Shown piece after piece: positions 28,946-38,778 of a stretch of DNA of 64,000 nt (its first letter is position 1; each line of letters begins with the position of its first letter). The translations under genes were made by a program, and so were the position numbers. Source of the stretch: Methylobacteriaceae bacterium (GTDB lineage: Bacteria > Pseudomonadota > Alphaproteobacteria > Rhizobiales > Beijerinckiaceae); assembly GCA_020638135.1 (NCBI GenBank), contig JACKJE010000016.1, positions 925 through 64,924 of the forward strand, given 5' to 3'. The notes under the pieces were generated by a model. That model saw nothing but the letters and a program-made list of their open reading frames with translations, searched no databases and was not told the origin of the DNA.

Positions 28946-29604
28946 GCGTTCACTCCCATCCAGCCCTTGCACAGCGAAACCGCTTCGACCGCATTGACGC
29001 CGAAGGCGTCGGCGCCGGTATAGGCGCGCACCGTCTCGTCGATCTGCCCGCCGCCGATCATGATCTTCACATCGTTGCGCAGGCCCGCATTGTCGATCGT
29101 GGCGATCGTCTCCTTCATCGAGTCGAAGGCGAGCGTGAGAAAGCCCGAGAGGCCGACGACATCGGGCTTGAACGCCTCGATCTCCGACACGAAGGTCGCG
29201 GCCGGCACGTCGATGCCGATGTCCTTCACCTCGAAGCCGTTGATGTCGAGCATGAAGCTGACGATGTTCTTGCCGATGTCGTGCAGGTCGCCGTGCACCG
29301 TGCCGATCAGCACCTTGCCGAGCCTGCGCGGCTCCTCGCCCGGCGCGCTCTTGATCAGCGGCTTGGCGATGGCGCCGATCGTGTCGAGCATCTCGCCGGC
29401 CAGCACCAGTTCGGGCAGAAAATATTCGCCGTCCTCGAACTTCTTGCCGACGATATCCATCGCGGCGCGACAGAGTTCGAGCACGCGCATCGGATCGGCG
29501 CCCTCTTCGAGCAGCATCTTCTTGGCGAGATCGATGCCCTCGTCCTCTTCCATCTCGGCCAGATGGCCGACGAGGCGGGCTTCCTGTTCCGTCATTTCGC
29601 TCAT
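28942..29604 (-). CDS. cobalamin-binding corrinoid protein (B12-binding cap plus Rossmann domain)
   Basis: GTVHGDLHDIGKNIV contains the DxHxxG lower-ligand motif. LSGFLT and IMIGGG motifs follow. 220 aa. Confidence 0.9.
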   Translation of the reverse strand: MSEMTEQEARLVGHLAEMEEDEGIDLAKKMLLEEGADPMRVLELCRAAMDIVGKKFEDGEYFLPELVLAGEMLDTIGAIAKPLIKSAPGEEPRRLGKVLIGTVHGDLHDIGKNIVSFMLDINGFEVKDIGIDVPAATFVSEIEAFKPDVVGLSGFLTLAFDSMKETIATIDNAGLRNDVKIMIGGGQIDETVRAYTGADAFGVNAVEAVSLCKGWMGVNA

Positions 29605-29646
29605 CAAAACCTCCCAACACAATTCTTGCGGGTCATTGCGCGCGCC

Positions 29647-31026
29647 TCACGCGCGCACGCCCGATTGAACGATCGCCTCCGCCAGTGTCGCCTCGTTGCG
29701 GTGTCCCATCAGATGGACGCCGGCGACGCCTTCGATGTCGCGCAGCGCCTGGATCGTCTCCACGAGTATGGCGAGCCCTTCCGCCTTCTGGTCGTCGGCA
29801 TTGGCGATGCGGACGAGAACGGAATCCGGGATATGTACGCCCGGAACATGATGCGCCATCCAGCGCAGCGCCTTGACGCTGCTCAAAGTGCCGACGCCGA
29901 CGATCATGCGCGCGCGGTCGTGCAGGCCACGCGCGCGAACGCCGTCCATGAAGCGGCGGAACAGGTCGAGATCGAAACAGAATTGCGTCTGGATGAATTG
30001 CGCGCCCGCGTCGATCTTCATTTCGAGATTGTCGATCCGGTCCTCGTAGGGCGGCGCGAAAGGATTGGCGGTGGCGCCGATGAACAGGTCCGGCGGCGTC
30101 TCCAGCTTGCGCCCCGAAGCGAATTCGCCTTTGTCGCGCATGTCGCGGGCAATGCGCAGCAGGTTGATCGCGTCGAGATCGAACACGGGTTTGGCCTGCG
30201 GATGGTCGCCCTGGCTCACATCGTCGCCGGTCAGGCACAGGATGTTGCGGACTCCGAGCGCGGCCGCGCCGAGTATGTCGCCCTGCACGGCGATGCGATT
30301 GCGGTCGCGGCAGGCGATCTGGCAGACCGGCGTGTGACCGTGCGCGGCGAGAATGGCCGCGGCCGCCGCGCTCGACATGTGGCAATTGCCGCCGGCGCCG
30401 TCGGTGATGTTCACGGCGTCGACGAGCCCCGCGAATTTTTCCGCGCGCGCGAGCAGCGCGGAGGGATCGGCGGAATCCGGCGGCGCGATCTCGACCGTCG
30501 TCACGAAGCGCCCGGAGCGGCACGCCGCCTCGAACGCATGGACCGGACGTTCGCGCGGCGGCGGCGCGGGCCCCTGCTCGGGCGCGGGCGCGCCTTCGAT
30601 CACCCTGATCCAGGTCGACCGGCCCTGCCGCGAAAAATCGATCGGCGGCAGGGACGGCGGCGCAGCGTCGCGCGAATTGATCGCCCGCATGCCCTCGCGC
30701 GCCTCGAGCCAGACGCAGCGCGTCGCCGGGTCGACCTCGCAGCCGCCATCGGCGCGCACGCCGCCGCACGGCCCGTTGCGCATCGCCTTGCCGCAATTGG
30801 TCGGACAGGCCATGCCGGTCTTGCGCAGAACGCAGGCGCCGCACATGCGGCAGTCGAACATCAGGTTTTTCGCGCCGCGTTCGATCGGCGTCAGCGCGCG
30901 TTCGGCGCGGTCGCTGCCGACAAATGTCGCCAGCGGCCTCAGAAATGGCGCAACATGGGCGAAGGCTTCGTAGAGCCTGTCGAGTCCGGCGGCGTGCCTT
31001 ACGCTCCACTGCCGGGCGGCTTTCAT
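29647..31026 (-). CDS. methylenetetrahydrofolate reductase with fused N-terminal Cys-rich MetV-like (MTHFR_C) domain
   Basis: N-terminus FDCRMCGACVLRKTGMACPTNCGKAMRNGPCGG...GGCEV...RCVW. C-terminal MetF TIM barrel (VTTVEIAPP...VNITDGAGG...NILCLTGDD...FIQTQFCFD). Confidence 0.8.
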   Translation of the reverse strand: MKAARQWSVRHAAGLDRLYEAFAHVAPFLRPLATFVGSDRAERALTPIERGAKNLMFDCRMCGACVLRKTGMACPTNCGKAMRNGPCGGVRADGGCEVDPATRCVWLEAREGMRAINSRDAAPPSLPPIDFSRQGRSTWIRVIEGAPAPEQGPAPPPRERPVHAFEAACRSGRFVTTVEIAPPDSADPSALLARAEKFAGLVDAVNITDGAGGNCHMSSAAAAAILAAHGHTPVCQIACRDRNRIAVQGDILGAAALGVRNILCLTGDDVSQGDHPQAKPVFDLDAINLLRIARDMRDKGEFASGRKLETPPDLFIGATANPFAPPYEDRIDNLEMKIDAGAQFIQTQFCFDLDLFRRFMDGVRARGLHDRARMIVGVGTLSSVKALRWMAHHVPGVHIPDSVLVRIANADDQKAEGLAILVETIQALRDIEGVAGVHLMGHRNEATLAEAIVQSGVRA

Positions 31027-31565
31027 GTCTCGCCGACTTTCGTGAGTTGCGCGGCCCGCGCGTGGATTTTTTCGAGCAGGCGGATGGCGGCGCGGCGCTC
31101 CTGATCTGTGAGGTCGGCCAGCAGGAATTCCTCGCGCTCGCGCGCGACGTCGACGATCTGGTCGTGCAGTTCGAGCCCCTTTTTCGTCAGCGCGATGAAT
31201 TGCCGGCGCATGTTGTTGTCCTGGAACCGCGTCTCGACCAGCCCCCGCTCCTGCATGAAGGCGACGCTGCGGCTGATGACCGCGCGATCGAAACCGATGA
31301 CCTCCGATATGCGGCCGGCGGGAATCCACGGCTCGACCGCCAGCAGCGCCATGATCCGCCAGTCGGTGACGCCGACGCCGAACCGCTTGCGATAGATGAC
31401 CGAGGCGCTGCTCGACACCTTGTTGGCGATCCAGGTGAGATAGGCGACGGCGTAATTCTCGAGATCGAGCGCTTTCGGCGAACTGCGGACGTCGCCGCCA
31501 ACGGGCGACTTCCGCCGCGTCGGCGCTTCGCTCCTGACCTTGTTCGCCGCACGTGTCGCCCGCAT
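31023..31565 (-). CDS. MarR family transcriptional regulator embedded in the operon
   Basis: Winged-helix pattern GVGVTDWRIMALLAVEPWIPAGRISEVIGFDRAVISRSVAFMQERGLVE. ATGA overlap with the downstream MTHFR gene. Confidence 0.85.
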   Translation of the reverse strand: MRATRAANKVRSEAPTRRKSPVGGDVRSSPKALDLENYAVAYLTWIANKVSSSASVIYRKRFGVGVTDWRIMALLAVEPWIPAGRISEVIGFDRAVISRSVAFMQERGLVETRFQDNNMRRQFIALTKKGLELHDQIVDVAREREEFLLADLTDQERRAAIRLLEKIHARAAQLTKVGET

Positions 31566-31576
31566 GCCCGTCTCCC

Positions 31577-32800
31577 CTACTGGCGCGTCGCCCGCACCGG
31601 CAGCGAGGAAAATGCGCGCAGCACATTATTGTACTGCCGCTTCGGCTCGCCGGCGAGTTCGATCGTCGCGGCCTTGCGCGCGAAGGCCGCAAACACTGCC
31701 TCGCCCTCGAGCCGCGCGATCGGCTGGCCGACGCAGCCGTGAATGCCCGTGCCGAACCCCATATGGCCGACGACCTTGCGCTCGATGTCGAATTCGTCGG
31801 CGCGTTCCCAGCGACGGGGATCGCGATTGGCCGATTGCATGAAGGCGCAGATCTTTTCATCCGCACCGACCTTCACGCCGCCGATCTCGACGTCTTTCGT
31901 CGTCGTGCGGAAGAAGGCCTGCGCCGGACCTTCGTAGCGCAGGCTCTCCTCGAAGGCGTTGCGCGCCAGTTCGGGCTTTTCGCGCAATTTCTTCCACTGG
32001 GCCGGATGCGTGGCGAGGCACCACAGCAGATTGCCGAAGGCGTTGACGGTCGTGTCCACGCCCGCTGACAGGAAGGAGCGCACCAGCATGGCCGCTTCGT
32101 CCTCCTTCAGCTCTCCGCTGTCGACGGCGGCGTAGATCATCGCGCCGAGCCCGTCCTTGGTCAGCTCTGCCCGCGCGCAATTGGCCATGATCCAGCCGCG
32201 CACGGCATCGGCGTTGGCCATGGCGGCCTGCGTGAATTCGTTCTGCGGCCCGAAGGAATTGAACACCATCGCGCCATAGGGCAGCAGATTCTCGCGCCCC
32301 TTTTCCGGCAGGCCGAGCGCGTCCGGAAAAACCTTGGTCGGATAATATTCGGCGAAGTCGGCAATGCCATCGAACTCGCCCATGTCGAGCATGCGATCGA
32401 CCAGAAGTTCGGCCTCGCGCTCGAACTGCTCACGCAATTTGCGCACGATGCCCGGCGTCATCGTGCGCGCGAGCACCGTGCGCGTGCGCGTATGCAGCGG
32501 CGGATCGGCCTCGAGCACGATGCTCGGCGGCCGCCACGGCTTTTCCTTGTTGAAATTGGCGAGCCCGACGCCGGCGGCGGACGAAAACGTCTGCCACTCG
32601 CTGAGCACGCGCTGCACATCGTCGTGCCGCGCAACGACGTAGCATTCGTATTGCGGCGACCAGAGCGCTGGCCCTGCTTCGCGCATCGCCTCGAAATGCG
32701 GATAGGGATCGTCCATGAATTCGCGCGTGAACGGATCAGCGTGCAGGATCGGCGCGCCAGCGCGCGCTTCGGCAGCGGCTTTCATGATCGCCTCCCTCAC
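31577..32800 (-). CDS. cytochrome P450, CYP199A-like (4-methoxybenzoate O-demethylase type)
   Basis: Heme loop FGTGIHGCVG. FNKEKPWRPPSIVLEADPPLHTRTR, EGRENLLPY, LVRSFLSAGVDTTVN and FFRTTT match my memory of CYP199A2/A4. GTG 32800 overlaps the binding-protein stop (GTGA). An ATG at 32785 is an alternative start. Confidence 0.85.
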   Translation of the reverse strand: MREAIMKAAAEARAGAPILHADPFTREFMDDPYPHFEAMREAGPALWSPQYECYVVARHDDVQRVLSEWQTFSSAAGVGLANFNKEKPWRPPSIVLEADPPLHTRTRTVLARTMTPGIVRKLREQFEREAELLVDRMLDMGEFDGIADFAEYYPTKVFPDALGLPEKGRENLLPYGAMVFNSFGPQNEFTQAAMANADAVRGWIMANCARAELTKDGLGAMIYAAVDSGELKEDEAAMLVRSFLSAGVDTTVNAFGNLLWCLATHPAQWKKLREKPELARNAFEESLRYEGPAQAFFRTTTKDVEIGGVKVGADEKICAFMQSANRDPRRWERADEFDIERKVVGHMGFGTGIHGCVGQPIARLEGEAVFAAFARKAATIELAGEPKRQYNNVLRAFSSLPVRATRQ

Positions 32801-34008
32801 TTGACGAGCGGGCAGTCGCTTTCCGACAACGGCCGGAAGGCCTTGTCGCCGGGAATCGTCTTGATCAGCTTGTAGTAATCATAGGCATATTTGCTCTCCT
32901 CAGGCGACTTCACCTGGAAGAGATGCATGGCGTGCACCGCGCGGCCGTCGGCGCGCACGCTCATGTCGCCGAACAGCGGATCGTGGAAGGGCGCCTTCTT
33001 CATCTGCGGCACGACGTCCTTCGCATTGTCGCTGCCGGCGGCCGCGACCGCCTTGAGATAGGCGAGCGTGGCGGAATAGACGCCGGCCTGGTTCGCGCTC
33101 GGCATCTTGCCGCCCATGCGCGCCGCAAACCTCTTCGCGAAGGCCCGCGTCTCGTCGTTCATGTCCCAGTAGAAGGCTTCCGTCAGCAGCAGTCCCTGCG
33201 CGGTCTTCAGGCCCATGGCGTGCACGTCGTTGACGAACATCAGGAAAGCGACGAGCGACTGGCCCTGCGAGCGCATGTTGAATTCGGCCGCCTGCTTCAT
33301 CGAATTCGCCGTATCGGGCCCGGCATTGGCGAGCGCGACGACCTTGGCCTTGGAAGCCTGCGCCTGCAGCAGGAACGACGAAAAGTCGGACGCGCCGAGC
33401 GGATGCTTGGCAGAGCCCAAAACCTTGCCGCCCTTCGACTGGATGTAGGCTGTCGCGTCCGCCTCGATCGAATTGCCGAGCGCGTAATTGACCGTGACGA
33501 AATACCAGCTGTCGCCGCCGCGCTCGAGCATGGCGCCCGATGTCGCATGCGAGATCGCCCAGGCGTCGGTCACCCATTGCACGACGTTGGGCGAACAGGC
33601 CTTGCCGGTCAGAGCCGAGGTCGCCGTCGCCGAGGCCAGCATGGTCATCGGCGTATCGCGCACGATCGTGTTGACCGCCAGCGCGACGCCCGAATTCGGC
33701 AGGTCGACGATGGCGTCGACCTTCTCGACATCGAGCCAGCGGCGAACGACGGTCGCGCCGACATCCGGCTTGTTCTGGTGGTCGCCGGAGACGATCTCGA
33801 CCTTGATGTTCTTGCCGCCGCCCGCGAAATCCTCGGCCGCCATTTTCGCGGCCTCGATCGAGCCCGGACCATTGTAGTCCTGGAACACGCCGGACGTGTC
33901 GTTGAGAACGCCGACGCGCACGACGCCGTCGGAAATTTCTGCATGCGCGAGGCCCGCGCAGGCGACGAGCGCAAGGACCGACACACCGGCCGCGTGAAAG
34001 CGCGTCAT
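32797..34008 (-). CDS. LivK-type (Leu/Ile/Val-binding family) periplasmic substrate-binding protein
   Basis: Signal peptide MTRFHAAGVSVLALVACAGLAHA. VRVGVLNDTSG...G..VE.V..D.Q.KPD pattern. 403 aa. Confidence 0.85.
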   Translation of the reverse strand: MTRFHAAGVSVLALVACAGLAHAEISDGVVRVGVLNDTSGVFQDYNGPGSIEAAKMAAEDFAGGGKNIKVEIVSGDHQNKPDVGATVVRRWLDVEKVDAIVDLPNSGVALAVNTIVRDTPMTMLASATATSALTGKACSPNVVQWVTDAWAISHATSGAMLERGGDSWYFVTVNYALGNSIEADATAYIQSKGGKVLGSAKHPLGASDFSSFLLQAQASKAKVVALANAGPDTANSMKQAAEFNMRSQGQSLVAFLMFVNDVHAMGLKTAQGLLLTEAFYWDMNDETRAFAKRFAARMGGKMPSANQAGVYSATLAYLKAVAAAGSDNAKDVVPQMKKAPFHDPLFGDMSVRADGRAVHAMHLFQVKSPEESKYAYDYYKLIKTIPGDKAFRPLSESDCPLVK

Positions 34009-34107
34009 TGGTTTCCCTCCCGTTCGGAGCTTTTTGCGCTCCTGATTTCGGTCATCCGGACGCGGCTCTGCCGCTCGCGCTGTCGCGCCCGTCCGGTCGC
34101 CGGCAAT

Positions 34108-34137
34108 AATGTTGCGTCAGCAATATTGCGTTGTCAA
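34108..34137. promoter_or_regulatory. AT-rich palindromic operator/promoter region between the divergent binding-protein genes
   Basis: AATGTTGC-GTCA-GCAATATT has 7 of 8 matching arms. It overlaps ATTGCGTTGTCAAT. On the minus strand, TTGACA (34132-34137) is a -35-like box for the operon. Confidence 0.4.
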
Positions 34138-34220
34138 TCTTTTATCCGGACGGCGCCCCTGTCGCCCGGGCGGCCGGTGAACTAACCTTCCGGTCAAGCA
34201 AGACAAAACGGAGGAAACAC

Positions 34221-35432
34221 ATGAGACGGATCATCCTTGCGTCCGCGGGCGCGTTCCTGCTGGCGGGCGGCGGCCTGGCGCTTGCGGCGCAATACGATCA
34301 GGGCGCGAGCGACAAGGAGATCGTCATCGGCAATATCGTCCCCTACAGCGGCCCGGCCTCCGTCTATTCCGTCTACGCCAAGGTGTTCGAGGGCTATTTC
34401 GCGCGCCTCAACGAGCATGGCGGCGTCAACGGCCGCAAGATCAGGATGATCTCCTACGACGACGCCTATTCGCCGCCGAAGACGGTCGAGCAGGCCCGCC
34501 GGCTCGTGGAAAGCGACAATGTGCTGTTCCTGTTCGGCGTCGTCGGTACGCCGACCAATGTCGCCATCCTCAAATACATGAATGCGAAGAAGACGCCGCA
34601 ATTGTTCGTCGGCACGGGCTCTTCGGCGCTGGCCGACCCCGCGCATTTTCCGTGGTCGATCGGCTTCCAGCCCAACTATCGGGCCGAAGGCCGCCTCTAC
34701 GCCAGCTACGTGCTGAGCCACAAGCCCGATGCGAAGATCGGCGTGCTCTATCAGGACGACGATTTCGGCAAGGACCTGCTGCAGGGCCTGACCGACGGTC
34801 TCGGCGACAAGGCCGCCGGCATGATCGTCGCGAAAGTCTCCTACGACACGCGCACGCCGACGGTCGACTCGCAGATCGTCCAGATCAAGGCGGCCGGCGC
34901 GGACGTCATGATGGATTTCACGACGCCGAAATTTTCGACGCAGGCCATTCGCAAGATCGCCGAACTGAAATGGCAGCCGATGCAATTCGTCGCCTCCGTC
35001 GGATCGCACGTCGGCAGCGTGCTCAAGCCCGCGGGCTTCGACAATTCGAAGGGCGTCATCACCGGCCACTGGGTGAAGGACCCGAACGATCCCGCCATGA
35101 CCGACGACGCCGGCGTCAAGGAATGGCGCGAATTCATGACGCGCTACTATCCTGGCGGCGACCAGACCAACAACATCAACGTCATCGCCTACGTGCTCGC
35201 CCAGACGCTGGAGCAAGTGCTGAAGAAGTGCGGCGACAATCTCACGCACGACAACATCATGCGCACGGCGACCACGCTCGGCGTCTTCACGCCGCCGCTG
35301 CTCATTCCCGGCGTGCGCATCGAGCCCTCGCCCAAGGACTACCTCGTCGTGCGCGACCTCAGGCTCGACCAGTTCGATGGCGAGAAATACACGCCGATCG
35401 GCCCCGCCATGGAGATGAAACTGTCGCGCTGA
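34221..35432 (+). CDS. LivK-type periplasmic substrate-binding protein (second copy, divergent)
   Basis: GGAGGA Shine-Dalgarno sequence and signal peptide MRRIILASAGAFLLAGGGLALA. IVIGNIVPYSGPAS...INGRKI..ISYDD.YSPPKT pattern. Confidence 0.85.
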   Translation: MRRIILASAGAFLLAGGGLALAAQYDQGASDKEIVIGNIVPYSGPASVYSVYAKVFEGYFARLNEHGGVNGRKIRMISYDDAYSPPKTVEQARRLVESDNVLFLFGVVGTPTNVAILKYMNAKKTPQLFVGTGSSALADPAHFPWSIGFQPNYRAEGRLYASYVLSHKPDAKIGVLYQDDDFGKDLLQGLTDGLGDKAAGMIVAKVSYDTRTPTVDSQIVQIKAAGADVMMDFTTPKFSTQAIRKIAELKWQPMQFVASVGSHVGSVLKPAGFDNSKGVITGHWVKDPNDPAMTDDAGVKEWREFMTRYYPGGDQTNNINVIAYVLAQTLEQVLKKCGDNLTHDNIMRTATTLGVFTPPLLIPGVRIEPSPKDYLVVRDLRLDQFDGEKYTPIGPAMEMKLSR

Positions 35433-35441
35433 CTCCCGTGT

Positions 35442-35468
35442 GGCGAAGTCGCTGCGATCGACTTCGCC
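35442..35468. repeat. perfect 10-bp stem hairpin (GGCGAAGTCG / CGACTTCGCC) downstream of the binding-protein gene
   Basis: Seen directly. It shares the GAAGTCG core with the hairpin at 44172-44198. No T-run follows, so it is not a canonical terminator. Confidence 0.7.
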
Positions 35469-35618
35469 CGCGATCCAAAACACACGCCGAACATGACAGT
35501 TTTGCGACGTCCTTAACGCTGCTGTGTCATATAAATGTCATATGATCTTTGCGCGTAGCGGCATGCGCGCGGCTCCACTAGTTTGCGTAAAATTGGATCA
35601 GTCAATGGAGCCGGTCGC

Positions 35619-35900
35619 ATGGCCAAGAGCCGTCAACGCAGCCTCAAGATCATCGAAAAATTCAGGAAGAACGCCGAGAAGGAAAAGGAGCGCGCGCGCC
35701 GCCTGATCGACAAGTGCGACAAGGCGGACGAGGCTGAAAAGCCCGCGCTCGCCGAACTCGTCGACCGTCTGAAGCAGAAGGAGCTGCAGGCGAGCGGCGA
35801 GATCGTCTGGGCGCAACAGCAGATCGAACGCGCCCGCGCCGCCGGGCGGCGCGAAGAAAAATCCGGCAAGAAGGCGAGGGAGAAGAGCGCAGGCGAGTAA
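35619..35900 (+). CDS. small Lys/Glu/Arg-rich coiled-coil-like hypothetical protein
   Basis: 93 aa. MAKSRQRSLKIIEKFRKNAEKEKERARRLIDK has non-shadow-like composition, and the upstream region is AT-rich. Confidence 0.4.
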   Translation: MAKSRQRSLKIIEKFRKNAEKEKERARRLIDKCDKADEAEKPALAELVDRLKQKELQASGEIVWAQQQIERARAAGRREEKSGKKAREKSAGE

Positions 35901-36002
35901 CACGCACGCAAACCGTCGACATCGAGGAGCCAACGGCGACGCCGGATCGCCGCACGACCGAAGGCGCGATGCAAGACGGCGGCCCGCCTTCGAGAAATTC
36001 GA

Positions 36003-36078
<76 letters not shown>

Positions 36079-36295
36079 ATCGACCGGTTGCGACCGGAGG
36101 CGGCGAAATAGCAAACGCGCTTGGCCCTGTCCAGCCCGCCGGGCGCAATTTTCAATGCGTCCGCCTGCACATTGCCCGGCGCCGCCCTGTCCGGCGCCGC
36201 AACCCGCCCGGAATCGTCAGGGATCGGGCATTTCCGCGATTCCCCTCGAACGCGGGCTGATCTACGATCATCCAGCGTATTCGACGGAGCGGGCG

Positions 36296-36652
36296 ATGAA
36301 GATTGCACGGGGTCTGCTGGCCGTGGCCGCCGTCGCACTCCTCCTCGGCGCCGGCGCGATGGATGGCGCGGCGGCCCGCGAGCGCGGCTGGTCGCGCGCA
36401 TGCGCCTGCGCGCCCCGGGGCAAGCCACGACGCCTCGCGCATCGGCGCGCGCGCCGGCTCCATTCATCCTACCGGCCCGCGCTGGCGGTCGATTTGATCC
36501 CGATCGTCGTCGAGACCGGCGAGGGGCCGATCATCGTCGGCCAACGCCGTTCCGTCGGCTATTTCTTCCCGCACCCGCACTGGGGCTATGACTATCCCTG
36601 GGACGGCTACGGCGGGCCCTATTATGGATACCCGCCGCGCGATCGTTATTGA
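36296..36652 (+). CDS. hypothetical secreted protein with a Tyr/Gly/Pro/Trp-rich C-terminus
   Basis: Signal-like MKIARGLLAVAAVALLLGAGA. C-terminus HPHWGYDYPWDGYGGPYYGYPPRDRY. There is no family recognition, and several ORFs overlap here. Confidence 0.35.
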   Translation: MKIARGLLAVAAVALLLGAGAMDGAAARERGWSRACACAPRGKPRRLAHRRARRLHSSYRPALAVDLIPIVVETGEGPIIVGQRRSVGYFFPHPHWGYDYPWDGYGGPYYGYPPRDRY

Positions 36653-36668
36653 GCTGAGAACACGCGTC

Positions 36669-36920
36669 TCAGCGACGGCGGCCGCCGCCGGTCGTGTCGA
36701 GCGCATGCGCGCAGGCGGCGCTCACCTTGGCCTTGTTCTTTTCCAGACAATCTCGTGCGGCGCCGCGTTCATGCGTGGTATTCGCACACAATTTCTCGAT
36801 GTCCTGCTGGCACGCGGCGGCGACGGGACCCGTGCCGGGCTCCGGGCGCTGCGCATAGGCCGGCGCGGCAACAAGACCAATGGCCAGCGCGGCTGCGGTG
36901 AAAATCGAAATGCGCATCAT
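36669..36920 (-). CDS. small secreted cysteine-rich protein
   Basis: Signal peptide MMRISIFTAAALAIGLVAAPAYA. Paired Cys repeats (CQQDIEKLC, CLEKNKAKVSAAC). Confidence 0.55.
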   Translation of the reverse strand: MMRISIFTAAALAIGLVAAPAYAQRPEPGTGPVAAACQQDIEKLCANTTHERGAARDCLEKNKAKVSAACAHALDTTGGGRRR

Positions 36921-37087
36921 TTGCTCCTCTGAGTGCGATGGCGTCTTGCGCCGTCGCACGGGAGATGGCTGCGCGCCTACAAATGCAAAAGGCCGTGCGA
37001 CCGTATGGCGCACAGCTCGAGCTCGCCGACAAAAAAGAAAAGGGCCGCGCGCGGCCCCTTTCGTTCCATTCGCGACGAAAGCGCAGA

Positions 37088-38656
<1,569 letters not shown>

Positions 38657-38778
38657 TGTGCTTGTCCTCGAATCGAATTTTTCGGTCGAAGCCGGCGCGA
38701 CGCTGTCGAAAATCTCGGGCGGCCGGCGGGTCGGGTTCTCGTCATCCCCTCAGCGCCCAGGCAAAGCCCAGCCGGCGC

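Noticed and set aside
31023-34008. Ferredoxin or ferredoxin-reductase partner genes for the P450
   Set aside because: I searched all six frames around the P450 for small Cys-motif ORFs and FAD/NAD-binding motifs and found none. The absence is reported as a finding rather than forcing a call.
34009-34220. Cobalamin riboswitch upstream of the corrinoid operon
   Set aside because: I looked for a B12-box-like element and the multi-stem architecture on the minus strand. I found only about 90 nt of leader after the putative promoter, which is too short, and no recognisable B12 box. A covariance-model scan would be decisive.
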